A stretch of 64,000 bases of DNA from contig JAVVXB010000007.1 in assembly GCA_036651815.1 (NCBI GenBank), positions 14,192 to 78,191 of the forward strand. Direction: 5' to 3'. Every line of letters begins with the position of its first letter. Positions within the stretch are counted from its first letter, which is position 1. The position numbers were made by a program, and so were the translations under genes. This DNA is from Clostridia bacterium (GTDB lineage: Bacteria; Bacillota; Clostridia; Christensenellales; CAG-138). Shown here one piece after another: positions 1 to 9,346 of the stretch. The notes under the pieces were generated by a model. The model made no database searches and was not told the DNA's origin. It was given only the letters and a program-made list of their open reading frames with translations.

Positions 1-1062
1 TTTGTTGTGGCGCGAGATATCGATGAACAAAAGCGCGCCAGCTTGATGATCATCGAGCGATCTAAAAATGACGCGCTGACCGGCGTGCTCAACAGAACCG
101 CCTTTCAAGAGCAAGTGGAGAATCTATTGCAGGATACCGAACTGGGCGAGCAACATGCGTTTGTGATGATTGATATCGATAATTTCAAACAGATCAATGA
201 TAAACTGGGGCATGTTGTTGGCGATCAGGTGCTCATTACCGTTACAAAAAATCTAAAATCTATGCTCAGGGAAGGCGACCTCATTGGGCGTATTGGCGGG
301 GATGAATTCATGATCTGCTTGAAAAACATCCCATATGACGATGTAATCGAAAAACGTGCGCAGCTTATTTGTCAGATTCTTTCCGTACTGCCAGATGCGG
401 ACGTTCATATCTCCGGCAGTATCGGAATTGCTATGTATCCACGGGATGGTTATACATTCGAAGTGCTGTATCAAAAGGCGGATATCGCCATGTATCAGGC
501 AAAGGAACGTGGCCGTAATCAATATGTGTTCTACCGTGCAGATATGTACTCGGAAGTGCACGAAATTGCAAATTCACCAATTGATCAGATGCAAACGGAT
601 AGATGGAAAAACGAAGAATGCAAGGAGCATGCGGAGATTCTTCACGAGAGTGTTCGCTTGCAAAAACTGCAGGAGGAAGCGGAACGTTATCGTTTGATTT
701 CAGACGGAATGGGGATGATTACGTTTGAATGGAACATCGAGAACGGAGAATTTAGCAAGGATGCGGAACTAGATCATTATGTTTTGGGTACCCAGGATCC
801 TGCTAAGATCTTTTTGAATCAAGGGGATTTGTCGGCGGTACATCCAGAGGATGTAGCTCAGATGACGGATGAATTGTTTCAACCGCTGGAACACGGGGCG
901 AAGCGGGCAGAAGTTACGGTACGCCTTAAGCGAATGGATGGATGCTATGACTGGTGTAGGCTCGGGGCGATTTTGGTTCGTGACGACGAGGGCAATCTGC
1001 TCCGCGCGATTGGTACAATTGTCGTTCTGAAGCAAGCTGAATGCACTGGTCAAGAAGAGTAG
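1..1062 (+). CDS. GGDEF diguanylate cyclase with C-terminal PAS-like domain (5' end cut by window edge)
   Basis: Reading frame is open from nt 1. GGDEF-family motifs LNRTAF, DIDNFKQINDKLGH and RIGGDEF are present. A PAS-like block (ITFEWNIENGEF...VHPEDV...YDWCRLGAILVRDDEGNLL) follows a charged linker. Confidence 0.85.
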   Translation, partial: FVVARDIDEQKRASLMIIERSKNDALTGVLNRTAFQEQVENLLQDTELGEQHAFVMIDIDNFKQINDKLGHVVGDQVLITVTKNLKSMLREGDLIGRIGGDEFMICLKNIPYDDVIEKRAQLICQILSVLPDADVHISGSIGIAMYPRDGYTFEVLYQKADIAMYQAKERGRNQYVFYRADMYSEVHEIANSPIDQMQTDRWKNEECKEHAEILHESVRLQKLQEEAERYRLISDGMGMITFEWNIENGEFSKDAELDHYVLGTQDPAKIFLNQGDLSAVHPEDVAQMTDELFQPLEHGAKRAEVTVRLKRMDGCYDWCRLGAILVRDDEGNLLRAIGTIVVLKQAECTGQEE

Positions 1063-1329
1063 TAACAGAATTGAATGGGTTAACGGAGCGCCACTTGCAG
1101 ATGCTGGCGTAGAAAGAAGCGCAAGTGATACGCCGCGCGGGTTAGGCATTTACAGGCAAGCAATACCATACGTGTGCATACTCGGTTCGATTGAGTGCTC
1201 TGGCAGATTTGCTTGCCGGTGAATATTGTAGTAAAATAATAGTATGACGTGCCGGTGCGGAACAAACCCGTCTGCCCAGGCACGTTTTTATGTGCGGTAA
1301 AAACCGCGATGGAATGGGAGAATAACGAT

Positions 1330-2175
1330 ATGAAAACGATACCTTATCAACTGATTGCTCTGGATTTAGATGGGACGCTGCTCAATGATGAAAAACAGAT
1401 ATCTGCAGTCAACCGAAAGGCGTTGCAGATGGCCTACGATGCAGGGCTGGTTATTGTACCATCCACGGGACGATTTTTTGAGGGACTGCCCGAGGTTGTG
1501 AAGGAGGCGGCGTTTTTGCGCTATGCGATCACGATCAATGGCGCGGAGATTTATGATACCGCAACCAAACAGGCGCTGCATCGTGCGGACATGTCCCTGT
1601 CCAGTGCGGAACGTGTGTGGGATTATTTTGAATCGTTGCCAGTGATCTACGACTGCTATCAGGATGGCTGGGGTTGGATGCAGCAGGATATGTATGATCG
1701 TGCGGATGCGTTTGTGCCTGATGAAAAAATGCGGTGTACGATGAAGAGGCTGCGCACGACACTGATTGATTTTCGTACAGAGATGCATGCACGAAACAAA
1801 ACGGTACAGAAGACGCAAGCCTATTTTCAGGATTCGAATGTGCGAGCAAGGGTGCTGGATGAGATGCCGCTCCTGTTTCCCAATTTGGAAATCTCCAGCG
1901 CTGCTTCGAACAACGTTGAGGTCAACAGCAACGAAGGAACAAAGGGGAACGCACTGTGTGTGCTGTGCAAACATCTGGGCATCTCGATGACACAGGTGAT
2001 TGCCTTTGGCGACGGAAGCAATGATATCAGTATGCTGCGTACCGCCGGGATGGGGATTGCTATGGGGAATGCCGTTACTGCCGCCAAGCAGGCTGCACGC
2101 AGGACAACGTTAAGCAACAATGAGGACGGCATTGCTGCCGCGCTGAAAGAACTGATGCCAACGCTTTTTTTATAG
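1330..2175 (+). CDS. Cof-type HAD-IIB phosphatase
   Basis: HAD motif I (IALDLDGTLL) sits directly after ATG 1330 and motif IV (GDGSNDISML) is near the C-terminus. The longer track ORF from 1249 adds a non-homologous extension. Confidence 0.85.
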   Translation: MKTIPYQLIALDLDGTLLNDEKQISAVNRKALQMAYDAGLVIVPSTGRFFEGLPEVVKEAAFLRYAITINGAEIYDTATKQALHRADMSLSSAERVWDYFESLPVIYDCYQDGWGWMQQDMYDRADAFVPDEKMRCTMKRLRTTLIDFRTEMHARNKTVQKTQAYFQDSNVRARVLDEMPLLFPNLEISSAASNNVEVNSNEGTKGNALCVLCKHLGISMTQVIAFGDGSNDISMLRTAGMGIAMGNAVTAAKQAARRTTLSNNEDGIAAALKELMPTLFL

Positions 2176-2193
2176 GAGAGATTACAACCAAAC

Positions 2194-2241
2194 AAAAAAA
2201 GGCTGCTCTTGTACAATTTGCAAAACCGTACAAGGACAGCC
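2194..2241 (-). terminator. Intrinsic terminator between convergent HAD and VanW genes
   Basis: 14-bp imperfect stem GGCTGCTCTTGTAC / GTACAAGGACAGCC (2201-2214 / 2228-2241). The A7 run at 2194-2200 gives the U-tract for the minus-strand transcript. Confidence 0.6.
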
Positions 2242-2257
2242 CCGAATGAGATACAAA

Positions 2258-3898
2258 TTACGGTAAATCCTGACCGCCGTTTGGAATCGGTGTGGGTGCG
2301 GGCGTAGCAGAGGGAATGGGGGTGGGGGTGGCGATGATGCCGACTCTCTTCCTGAGCGGGTTGCCATCATAGGTGTCTTTATAGAGGAAGATGGATTCTT
2401 GCAGTGCGCCGTTCAGATAACGGTCGATATAAACGTCAACAACGAATCCAGAACGCGCTTCGGCAAGGATCTGTTCCTCTCCTATAAAGAGCTTTTTACT
2501 TTCGGTAATCTCCGGTTCACCGGGCAGAATTTCCTCCATCAGCTCGGTGTGGGGTTCATAGGTGATCCCTTCCGGTAGTGCTTCGCCATAGATATTGACT
2601 GTGATATTGCGTTTTCGTCCGCTGGCTTGCTTGTTTTTCGAAATATAAGCGAACACATATAACGGATATTCGGAGGTATTTTTAAAGGAAAAATCAATAT
2701 GACCCGTGTCCACCGTTGCATCGAGTCCCTTATCCACATAGGTTGAGGGGATGGAATGCTTTTGACGGTTCAGTTTTACATAGGGATAGCACTTGAGGAG
2801 CGCATTATAGAGCGTGGTGCTGACCTGGCAAACGCCGCCGCCGTACTGTCGGCTAAAGGTGTCTCCGCCAAAGATACCGTTGGCTTCCTTCCAACCGTTC
2901 TTTTCGTTGCGATCGCCGACCGTGTCGTTAAAACTCCACGAATGGCCGGGCTTGACAACCTGATTATTGATAAGTCCAGCGCATTTTTCAACATTGTAGG
3001 CACGGTTGGGAATCAACTCCAGGCGCTGTTCCTCGGTGTTTTCAGCGGTGCCCTTAAAGTCGTAGGTGGTGGTAAAGCTGCCGACAAGTGTGGTGTGGGC
3101 TTTCACGTCAGCCACGGTGATGAGCGGGTCAACGGTGGTGAGCGGCGGTGTAATCGATGTTTGAAACTGCTTGTTTACAAAAGCCTGATGCACCAGTTCT
3201 TCGGTGGCGGCCACATCGATGCCGAAACCCGCTTTTCCATCAAGATAGGTAAACGTGGGTTTGCCGCTCTCAGAAACCTCAACCGTAAAGCTGGCATCCG
3301 TTGGCGGAGCAGTTAGCGTTTGGTTGATTTCATCAATGCGCTGGGAAAGCGCATCTTTATCGAGGCTGATCTCGGTATAGTAAACTTGATTAGAACCGCC
3401 GGAAAGCGCGGCAGTGAGTACCTCATTGAGATTGGTGGTCGCAGCCATATCCATGCCGGTAATAGTCTTGGAGAAGCCGTCACCCTGCAGGGTGATGGCA
3501 ATATTATTGATGGCATACTGCTCGTTGGATTCCAGCGTAGCTTTGACTTCTTCAATGGTTTTGCCGGAAACATTCGCACCGTTGATGTATACGCCGCTGC
3601 GGAACGCATCCGTGGCGGGATCAATTTCAACAGGGGTTGCACAACTGCGCGCAATGACAACAACGGCAAGCACTAAGAGCCCCAACAGAATCAGCGAAGA
3701 CACTGCAACTACCATACGCCGCCGCTGCAACATTTTTTTGCGCTTGCTGCTGGAAGGCTTTCGTCCAGAGGGACTGCTGTTATATCCACTGCTGCGGGTG
3801 TCATAACGACCGGTATTGCCGGAAGATCTGGCCACTCGGTCGGTATTTTCTGAAGATGGTTTTGTTGTGTCCGGTAAGCCGGAGTATTTTTCGTACAT
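2258..3898 (-). CDS. VanW/YoaR-family protein with N-terminal Ser/Pro-rich region and one TM anchor
   Basis: VanW-like core GHSWSFNDTVGDRNEKNGWKEANGIF...GGGVCQVSTTLYNALL; TM segment MVVAVSSLILLGLLVLAVVVIA. Start chosen at ATG 3898 (MYEKYSG), which has a purine-rich RBS. Confidence 0.8.
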   Translation of the reverse strand: MYEKYSGLPDTTKPSSENTDRVARSSGNTGRYDTRSSGYNSSPSGRKPSSSKRKKMLQRRRMVVAVSSLILLGLLVLAVVVIARSCATPVEIDPATDAFRSGVYINGANVSGKTIEEVKATLESNEQYAINNIAITLQGDGFSKTITGMDMAATTNLNEVLTAALSGGSNQVYYTEISLDKDALSQRIDEINQTLTAPPTDASFTVEVSESGKPTFTYLDGKAGFGIDVAATEELVHQAFVNKQFQTSITPPLTTVDPLITVADVKAHTTLVGSFTTTYDFKGTAENTEEQRLELIPNRAYNVEKCAGLINNQVVKPGHSWSFNDTVGDRNEKNGWKEANGIFGGDTFSRQYGGGVCQVSTTLYNALLKCYPYVKLNRQKHSIPSTYVDKGLDATVDTGHIDFSFKNTSEYPLYVFAYISKNKQASGRKRNITVNIYGEALPEGITYEPHTELMEEILPGEPEITESKKLFIGEEQILAEARSGFVVDVYIDRYLNGALQESIFLYKDTYDGNPLRKRVGIIATPTPIPSATPAPTPIPNGGQDLP

Positions 3899-4107
3899 TC
3901 CTATTCCCCTTTGCGCCAAATGCGCGTATCCAATTATTATACACAGTTCCCTAGACCTTCGCAACCAATCAAAAAGATTTTACGATTCTCCATTCAATGG
4001 AAGCACATTATAAGGATGAACCTTCCTGCAATTGTAACAAATCGGTTCGATCTGTGATCTGAATGCAAGCGTTGATGTCATCTGTAACGCTACCGGTCGT
4101 CATTCAT

Positions 4108-4140
4108 AAAAAAGAAGCGACGTAGTGATACGCCGCTTCT
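4108..4140 (-). terminator. Intrinsic terminator downstream of the DUF975 gene
   Basis: Stem AGAAGCG.CG / CG.CGCTTCT with an 8-nt loop. The A-run at 4108-4113 on the + strand is the U-tract on the minus strand. Confidence 0.6.
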
Positions 4141-4174
4141 CGTCTAGCCAAATCACTTGGGGTTTCAAAGTAAA

Positions 4175-4789
4175 TTAAGCGAGTTCCTCGGCAGACACCA
4201 CGCCGGACTGGAGGGAGACAGACTTGAGCTCGCTGTAATAGCCTGCTAGCGAATTGTTTCGATAGGGCATTACAAAGAAAATGGACAGAATGCCGAAGGT
4301 CAGGCCGCTGAGCAGATTCCAACCAATAAAGCTCAGAAAGAACACGAATAGCTCCCACTTGTGGCCGTTCATCATCCGCATGGAAAGTTTGAGCGCGGTT
4401 TTCGATTCTACATTGGGACAATCCCCTAGGATATAGGGCGTCATGGCATAGGATAGACTCTTGATGATACCCGGTACAAAGAGGAGCAGCGACCAGAGAA
4501 CAGTGAACAGCTGCATCCAGAGGTAACCGCCCAGTTTACGACCGAAATTGCTGAATCCTTCATTAAATACGGTATCAAAGGTAGCAGTGGAACCACTGAA
4601 TAGGTTCAGACAAAATTTGTTGAAGCCGATGGTCAGTGGACCGGCAAGGATCAACGTGCCAAGTCCTGCAGTTATGCCGGCAATGGATGACAGCAACATC
4701 CAAAACACGATATTGACTGCGACACAGAGCCAGTAATTTGCATAGAAAGATTGCTTTGCAGTTTCTTTGATCTGTTGTCTTGTCTTCAT
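4175..4789 (-). CDS. DUF975-family integral membrane protein
   Basis: N-terminus MKTRQQIKETAKQSFYANYW followed by several hydrophobic spans and the typical FGILSIFFVMPY-type C-terminal region. Confidence 0.7.
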   Translation of the reverse strand: MKTRQQIKETAKQSFYANYWLCVAVNIVFWMLLSSIAGITAGLGTLILAGPLTIGFNKFCLNLFSGSTATFDTVFNEGFSNFGRKLGGYLWMQLFTVLWSLLLFVPGIIKSLSYAMTPYILGDCPNVESKTALKLSMRMMNGHKWELFVFFLSFIGWNLLSGLTFGILSIFFVMPYRNNSLAGYYSELKSVSLQSGVVSAEELA

Positions 4790-4995
4790 AATATCAATTA
4801 ATTCCTTCCATAATTATATAATAGTATAACATCGATTCGATGGTATAAACACATAAATTTTCGATAACACAAAGAAATTATAGTCAAAATAAAAAAGATA
4901 AAAATGAACCACAAGAATTTTGCAATAATCATTTTGGAATCATTGGAAATTCGGATGGGCATCTAAGCAGGGCCGCGGATATGGATTGGCTCGGG

Positions 4996-6138
4996 TTAGC
5001 GGCCGATCAAATTTTCGTACCGAACGAGGGCCTGATCGATAATGCGGTCCCAGGAAAGGTAGATGGTCTTGCGTGCCTGCTGCCCGATGACGGAGAGACT
5101 GTCTGGCGCGGAGAGAGCGCGTTTGATTACGGCTGCCAAATGATCGGCGGAATTCATGCAGAGTAGACCGTTCATTCCATCGGTAATGGGTTCGGCCGCC
5201 GCGCTGCCCGCAACCACGACACTCGGCGTCTCCATGGCGGCAGCTTCCCGTACGACCATGCCGGAGGTATCATACAGCGAAGGAAATACAAATAGCGACG
5301 CGGCTTCATACAAGCCAAAGAGCAGACATTCCTGCGTAATGTGGCCGGTGAAGATGGTGCAGTCGCCCAGAGCCAGTTCCTGCACTTTTCGTTCAATCGC
5401 GTGTGTGTCCGGCCCTTGGCCGACCAGCGCCAGTGTAAACGGCTGCCCGCCGCGCTTTAGGATTGCGCAGGCTTCCAATATGCAAAGGATGTTCTTCTTC
5501 CAGTTCAATTGTCCGCAGTACAGGAGTAAATTGCGATCCGGCAGATGAAATGTCTCCCGCGCAAGGAGCAGATTGCTTGCGGAAGGCATGACCTCTGGCG
5601 TGCCGTTTGGCATGACGACAACATCTCCCCGATAGCCGTAGTCGGACAGCGTTTCGGCGGAGCTTTGGCTGACGGTCCAGACCTCGTCGCACCGTTCGTA
5701 AAAGGAGATGATGTATCTTACGCCAATATTAGCCAGCATCTCCGCACGGGTCAGCTTATAAAAATCATCATAATATCGCGAGTGAAACATGCCAATGACC
5801 GGGATATTCCGCTTGCGGCCAAGACGAAGCGCTTCCTTACCGGCAATGAAGGGACTGTGTACGTGGATGATGTCCAACGGAATCTTACTGATACGTGCTT
5901 CGTAATGCGCATCAAACTGCGGAATACCGGAGTTGTACTGCCGCTGAGTGGGGATGCCGAAGCTCACAAATTCGATCAGTTCAAATGGTAATCGTCCCTG
6001 GTAACCAGTATCTGCCATGGGCGCGACCACATAGCACTCGTGTCCCTTACGCGCAAGTGTATCCGCATAGCTGTATACTACGCGACCTACGCCATCCACA
6101 ATGGGCAAAAAGGTATCGGTAAACTGGCCTATTTTCAT
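4996..6138 (-). CDS. GT4-family glycosyltransferase (diacylglycerol glycosyltransferase-like)
   Basis: MKIGQFTDTFLPIVDGVGRVV N-terminus and a C-terminal GT-B block FVFPSLYDTSGMVVREAAAMETPSVVV. ATG 6138 is preceded by GGAAG. Confidence 0.8.
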   Translation of the reverse strand: MKIGQFTDTFLPIVDGVGRVVYSYADTLARKGHECYVVAPMADTGYQGRLPFELIEFVSFGIPTQRQYNSGIPQFDAHYEARISKIPLDIIHVHSPFIAGKEALRLGRKRNIPVIGMFHSRYYDDFYKLTRAEMLANIGVRYIISFYERCDEVWTVSQSSAETLSDYGYRGDVVVMPNGTPEVMPSASNLLLARETFHLPDRNLLLYCGQLNWKKNILCILEACAILKRGGQPFTLALVGQGPDTHAIERKVQELALGDCTIFTGHITQECLLFGLYEAASLFVFPSLYDTSGMVVREAAAMETPSVVVAGSAAAEPITDGMNGLLCMNSADHLAAVIKRALSAPDSLSVIGQQARKTIYLSWDRIIDQALVRYENLIGR

Positions 6139-6318
6139 GCGCACTTCCATTTCTCGATCCACAGTATGCTTACATATTCTATAGTTTACCACAGGAAGCA
6201 TAAGGATACGAGTCCTTTTGCAATGTATGGCGGATTGAAGTGGTTTCTATTGCCGTCCACTACTGTTTGCGATACAATGATAACCATGTATTTTTATAGA
6301 AGATAAACGGAGGATACA

Positions 6319-6882
6319 ATGAAACGCTGCCAATGCGGAGTGCTAGCCCGGCGATGGATTTTAACGGGGTCTGTCTGCACATCTGCAAAAGGCGATGGAT
6401 CGGTTAAAGCCACCGGAAACAGGAACATGGCGGCGGATGCGGCCGAGGGAAAGACAACGCTGGCCGCAGTGGAAGAATTAATAATCGACGCTGCTGAAAC
6501 GGTCAAGATGGACGACCGGCTGACGGATAGCCGCTATCAAACATGGATTCGTGGCCCGAAACTGTTGACCGACGATGGAAGAACGTTGGCAGCGGTGGGT
6601 GGCTTGCGGCATTTAGCCGGACGGATGGCGATCGGTTCTTATGAACCAGGACGTGTTTGTCTTGGTTGCACGGAGAGTTTTCTGGTGCAAAATATACAGG
6701 AGATGATGCCGGATGAACTGGCCTACGTATTTGGGGCGCTTGGACGCAAAGCTGCCTATCATCCATCCGGCGGTAGAAGCGCCACAATGGCGATGCAACC
6801 TGTGGACAGGCAAAAGGACGGCACACGTTCCATCAACGATATATGCTATATCTGCGAGCCAACGGAGGGGAACGTCGGATGA
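6319..6882 (+). CDS. Short paralog matching only the C-terminal third of the two downstream phosphodiester glycosidase-like proteins
   Basis: Strong RBS (GGAGG 6309-6313). YQTWIRGPKLL, RMAIGSYEPG and AYHPSGGRSATMA...SINDICYICEP align with YQTWVFGPVLL / AVIGYYSPG / AYNLDGGQSAAMA...VSDIIYI of the neighbours. Its stop overlaps the next start. Confidence 0.5.
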   Translation: MKRCQCGVLARRWILTGSVCTSAKGDGSVKATGNRNMAADAAEGKTTLAAVEELIIDAAETVKMDDRLTDSRYQTWIRGPKLLTDDGRTLAAVGGLRHLAGRMAIGSYEPGRVCLGCTESFLVQNIQEMMPDELAYVFGALGRKAAYHPSGGRSATMAMQPVDRQKDGTRSINDICYICEPTEGNVG

Positions 6883-7982
6883 AGAGAAAAAGGCTATTGA
6901 GATGGGCGTTTTGCTTGCTAATGGTGATGATAGCGATGCCGCGTTCGCTTGTGCGTGCGGAGGACGAATCAGAAGATTCTGACATTAACAGAAGCGGGGT
7001 TGAAATAGTGGTTACCGCTGCGGAGGCGGCGGAGGTATTGCGTGCGGCTAACCGTGCTGCGGACAATGCCGAGATGATGGAACTGCAAAGCTATGACCTG
7101 ACACAAAACGGCGTGGTGAACGATATCGATGTGCGCGTTGCGCTATGGGCGGCAGCGGGACGGATTCCGGATCTTGTGAAGTTTGTGGAGCGCGTTACTA
7201 CGGGCCTTCTGGATGAGACGGCGTTTGATCGCTTTCGTTATGCAGACGTGTATGACGACGGGCAGGGGAACTATCAAAGCTCATCCGTCAGCGTAACGGT
7301 GACGGAGCATATGTTAGAGCGGAATGTATATTTTGTGGCGGATATTTACATACAGGACATCCGTTGCCTTGCCACCGCCATGCCTGGAAAATCAAGTGGG
7401 CGCGATGGCTATGTGGAGACGATGGCACGGGAAAACAATGCGGTGTTGGCCATCAATGGCGATTATTATACCCAGCGTATGCAGGGACCGATCATTCGTA
7501 ATGGAGAAACCATTGTTCCCAATGTATCTGCCGCTTGGGATGTGGGCGTGCTAACCTGGACGGGAGAACTGAAAACGTTCCCTTATCGTACGCTGACCAA
7601 GGAGCTGCTCACTGAGCTGAATCCCTATCAAACTTGGGTATTCGGGCCCGTACTGCTGGATGAAACGGGACAACCGGCAACGAAATTTAATAGCGCGGTG
7701 ACGCCGTCCAATCCCCGCGCAGTCATTGGATATTATAGCCCGGGGCACTACTGCTTTATTCTAGTCGACGGCCGACAGAGCAAGTATTCTGTTGGCATGA
7801 CGATGAAGGAACTGGCGGCCTTGTGTGCGGAGATGGGACTGAAAACCGCCTACAACCTCGACGGCGGGCAATCCGCCGCCATGGCTACGCGAAATGGCCT
7901 GATCAGCCGTCCTTATGGCGGGGGACGCGCTGTGAGCGATATCATCTATATTCGAGAACTACCGGAGGATTTACCAGCGTGA
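6879..7982 (+). CDS. Secreted phosphodiester glycosidase family protein (DUF2233/NAGPA-like) with two dockerin-like Ca-loop repeats
   Basis: Signal peptide MKRKRLLRWAFCLLMVMIAMP; EF-hand/dockerin-like YDLTQNGVVNDIDVRVALWAAAG; catalytic-domain blocks AINGDYY, GPIIRNGE, AYNLDGGQSAAM. Confidence 0.75.
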   Translation: MKRKRLLRWAFCLLMVMIAMPRSLVRAEDESEDSDINRSGVEIVVTAAEAAEVLRAANRAADNAEMMELQSYDLTQNGVVNDIDVRVALWAAAGRIPDLVKFVERVTTGLLDETAFDRFRYADVYDDGQGNYQSSSVSVTVTEHMLERNVYFVADIYIQDIRCLATAMPGKSSGRDGYVETMARENNAVLAINGDYYTQRMQGPIIRNGETIVPNVSAAWDVGVLTWTGELKTFPYRTLTKELLTELNPYQTWVFGPVLLDETGQPATKFNSAVTPSNPRAVIGYYSPGHYCFILVDGRQSKYSVGMTMKELAALCAEMGLKTAYNLDGGQSAAMATRNGLISRPYGGGRAVSDIIYIRELPEDLPA

Positions 7983-9070
7983 AAACAGGAAGACAGAGAA
8001 GACTGCGCCGTGTACTGCTGCTGGGGCTACTGCTGGGCTTGCTGGCCGGCGGCACGATGGAGAAAACAACTTACGCAGCCCGATCGGTGGGCGATATGGA
8101 CGGAAACGGAACGGTGACTGCTGCTGATGCGGCGAGAATTCTGCGCGCGGCGCAGCGGTATACCGTATTGACATCCGAACAGCGCATCTGCGCGGATGTG
8201 ACGGCAAACAATGTGCTTGACGGCACGGACGCGCGCGCAGCGGCATGGCTTGCAACGGGTCAAATTGTCGATTATGGTGCGTTTCTTGCGTCCATCCGCT
8301 CCGGCCTCTGCGACGAACGGTATTTTGATCGATTTCGTTATACCGGAGTAACCGACAGTGGAGACGGCAACTATAGAAGTAAAAATGTCGGTGTATGGAT
8401 AACGCGGGGGGAAGCGTACAACAGCGTGTATTATCTAGCCGATATCTATATTCGCGATATTCAAGCACTTAAGACGGGTTTTGGCGGCAATAAGTATCAG
8501 GGCGGCAGCGAGAAGGTGGGCGTCATGGCGGCCAATCTCGAAGCGATTGTTGCGGTCAATGGGGATTACTATGCCTGGCGTGCGGCAGGCCCGCTGGTGC
8601 GCAACGGGGAAGTTTACCGCGAGTATGTCAGCTATAGCGGGGAGATTGCATTTCTTTCCAAGGACGGCACGTTCACCACGTTGCCGGCTGGTCTAGTCGG
8701 GCGGGACACCGTAACCCAGCTGGACGTATACCAGACCTGGATGTTTGGTCCACCCTTGCTTGATGAAAACGGGAACGCAAAGACAAAGTTTACCGGGCAA
8801 CTGCTTAAGTATAACCCGCGTAGCGTCTTTGGTTATTATGAGCCTGGACATTACGCGTTGATCCTCGTGGATGGACGGCAGAAGGACTATTCTCTGGGGA
8901 TGGAAATGCAGGAATTGTCCTCGCTGTGCCACGATCTGGGACTGGCAGCAGCCTACAATCTGGATGGTGGGCGGTCTGCAGTTATGGCGAGCAAATATGG
9001 ACCGATCAGTCATCCGCAGAGCAAGGACGGCAGACCGGTGAGCGATATTGTTTATGTTTGCGAACCGTGA
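7979..9070 (+). CDS. Second secreted phosphodiester glycosidase family paralog with dockerin-like repeats
   Basis: GTG 7979 overlaps the upstream TGA (GTGA). Signal/TM segment RRLRRVLLLGLLLGLLAGG; dockerin-like GDMDGNGTVTAADAARILRAA and DVTANNVLDGTDARAAAWLATG; blocks VNGDYY, GPLVRNGE, AYNLDGGRSAVM. Confidence 0.75.
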   Translation: MKTGRQRRLRRVLLLGLLLGLLAGGTMEKTTYAARSVGDMDGNGTVTAADAARILRAAQRYTVLTSEQRICADVTANNVLDGTDARAAAWLATGQIVDYGAFLASIRSGLCDERYFDRFRYTGVTDSGDGNYRSKNVGVWITRGEAYNSVYYLADIYIRDIQALKTGFGGNKYQGGSEKVGVMAANLEAIVAVNGDYYAWRAAGPLVRNGEVYREYVSYSGEIAFLSKDGTFTTLPAGLVGRDTVTQLDVYQTWMFGPPLLDENGNAKTKFTGQLLKYNPRSVFGYYEPGHYALILVDGRQKDYSLGMEMQELSSLCHDLGLAAAYNLDGGRSAVMASKYGPISHPQSKDGRPVSDIVYVCEP

Positions 9071-9172
9071 CGAAAAAAAGTTAGTGTGAGCGTACGCTTG
9101 AATCAGTGAATCATAGAAGCTGGGATGGTCGGGTAAAGACTATGGCGAAGACCGATTCCAGGACTTTTTTGC

Positions 9173-9199
9173 AAACGACCGGTCAAAGCCGGTCGTTTT
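9173..9199 (+). terminator. Intrinsic terminator after the glycosidase paralogs
   Basis: Perfect 10-bp stem AAACGACCGG / CCGGTCGTTT, 6-nt loop, then a T-run. Confidence 0.65.
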
Positions 9200-9290
9200 G
9201 ATGTAGGCACGGGAATCATCGCAGCATCGTGGCAGCATCGTCAAACTTTTGTGAACGGTTGCGCAATTTGACGCATGTGAAAAAGATCTG

Positions 9291-9299
9291 TGCTATACT
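9291..9299 (+). promoter_or_regulatory. Candidate extended -10 promoter element for the exporter operon
   Basis: TGcTATACT lies 48 nt upstream of ATG 9347. A TTGACG hexamer at 9268-9273 is 20 nt away, which is too far for a canonical spacer. Confidence 0.3.
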
Positions 9300-9346
9300 G
9301 TAAAATCAAAAGAATTGTGAAACGAATATGTTCGGAGGATGGTCCT

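Noticed and set aside
1115-1136. AGAAGCG..AGTGATACGCCGC occurs both here and inside the DUF975 terminator (4113-4136)
   Set aside because: Only about 20 shared nt with a 2-nt indel. The first copy does not form the hairpin, and 13-mers recur by chance many times in 64 kb. This is insufficient to call a repeat family.
9268-9273. TTGACG as the -35 of the exporter operon promoter
   Set aside because: Spacing to the only good -10 (TATACT, 9294-9299) is 20 nt, outside the functional range. Only the extended -10 is kept, at low confidence.
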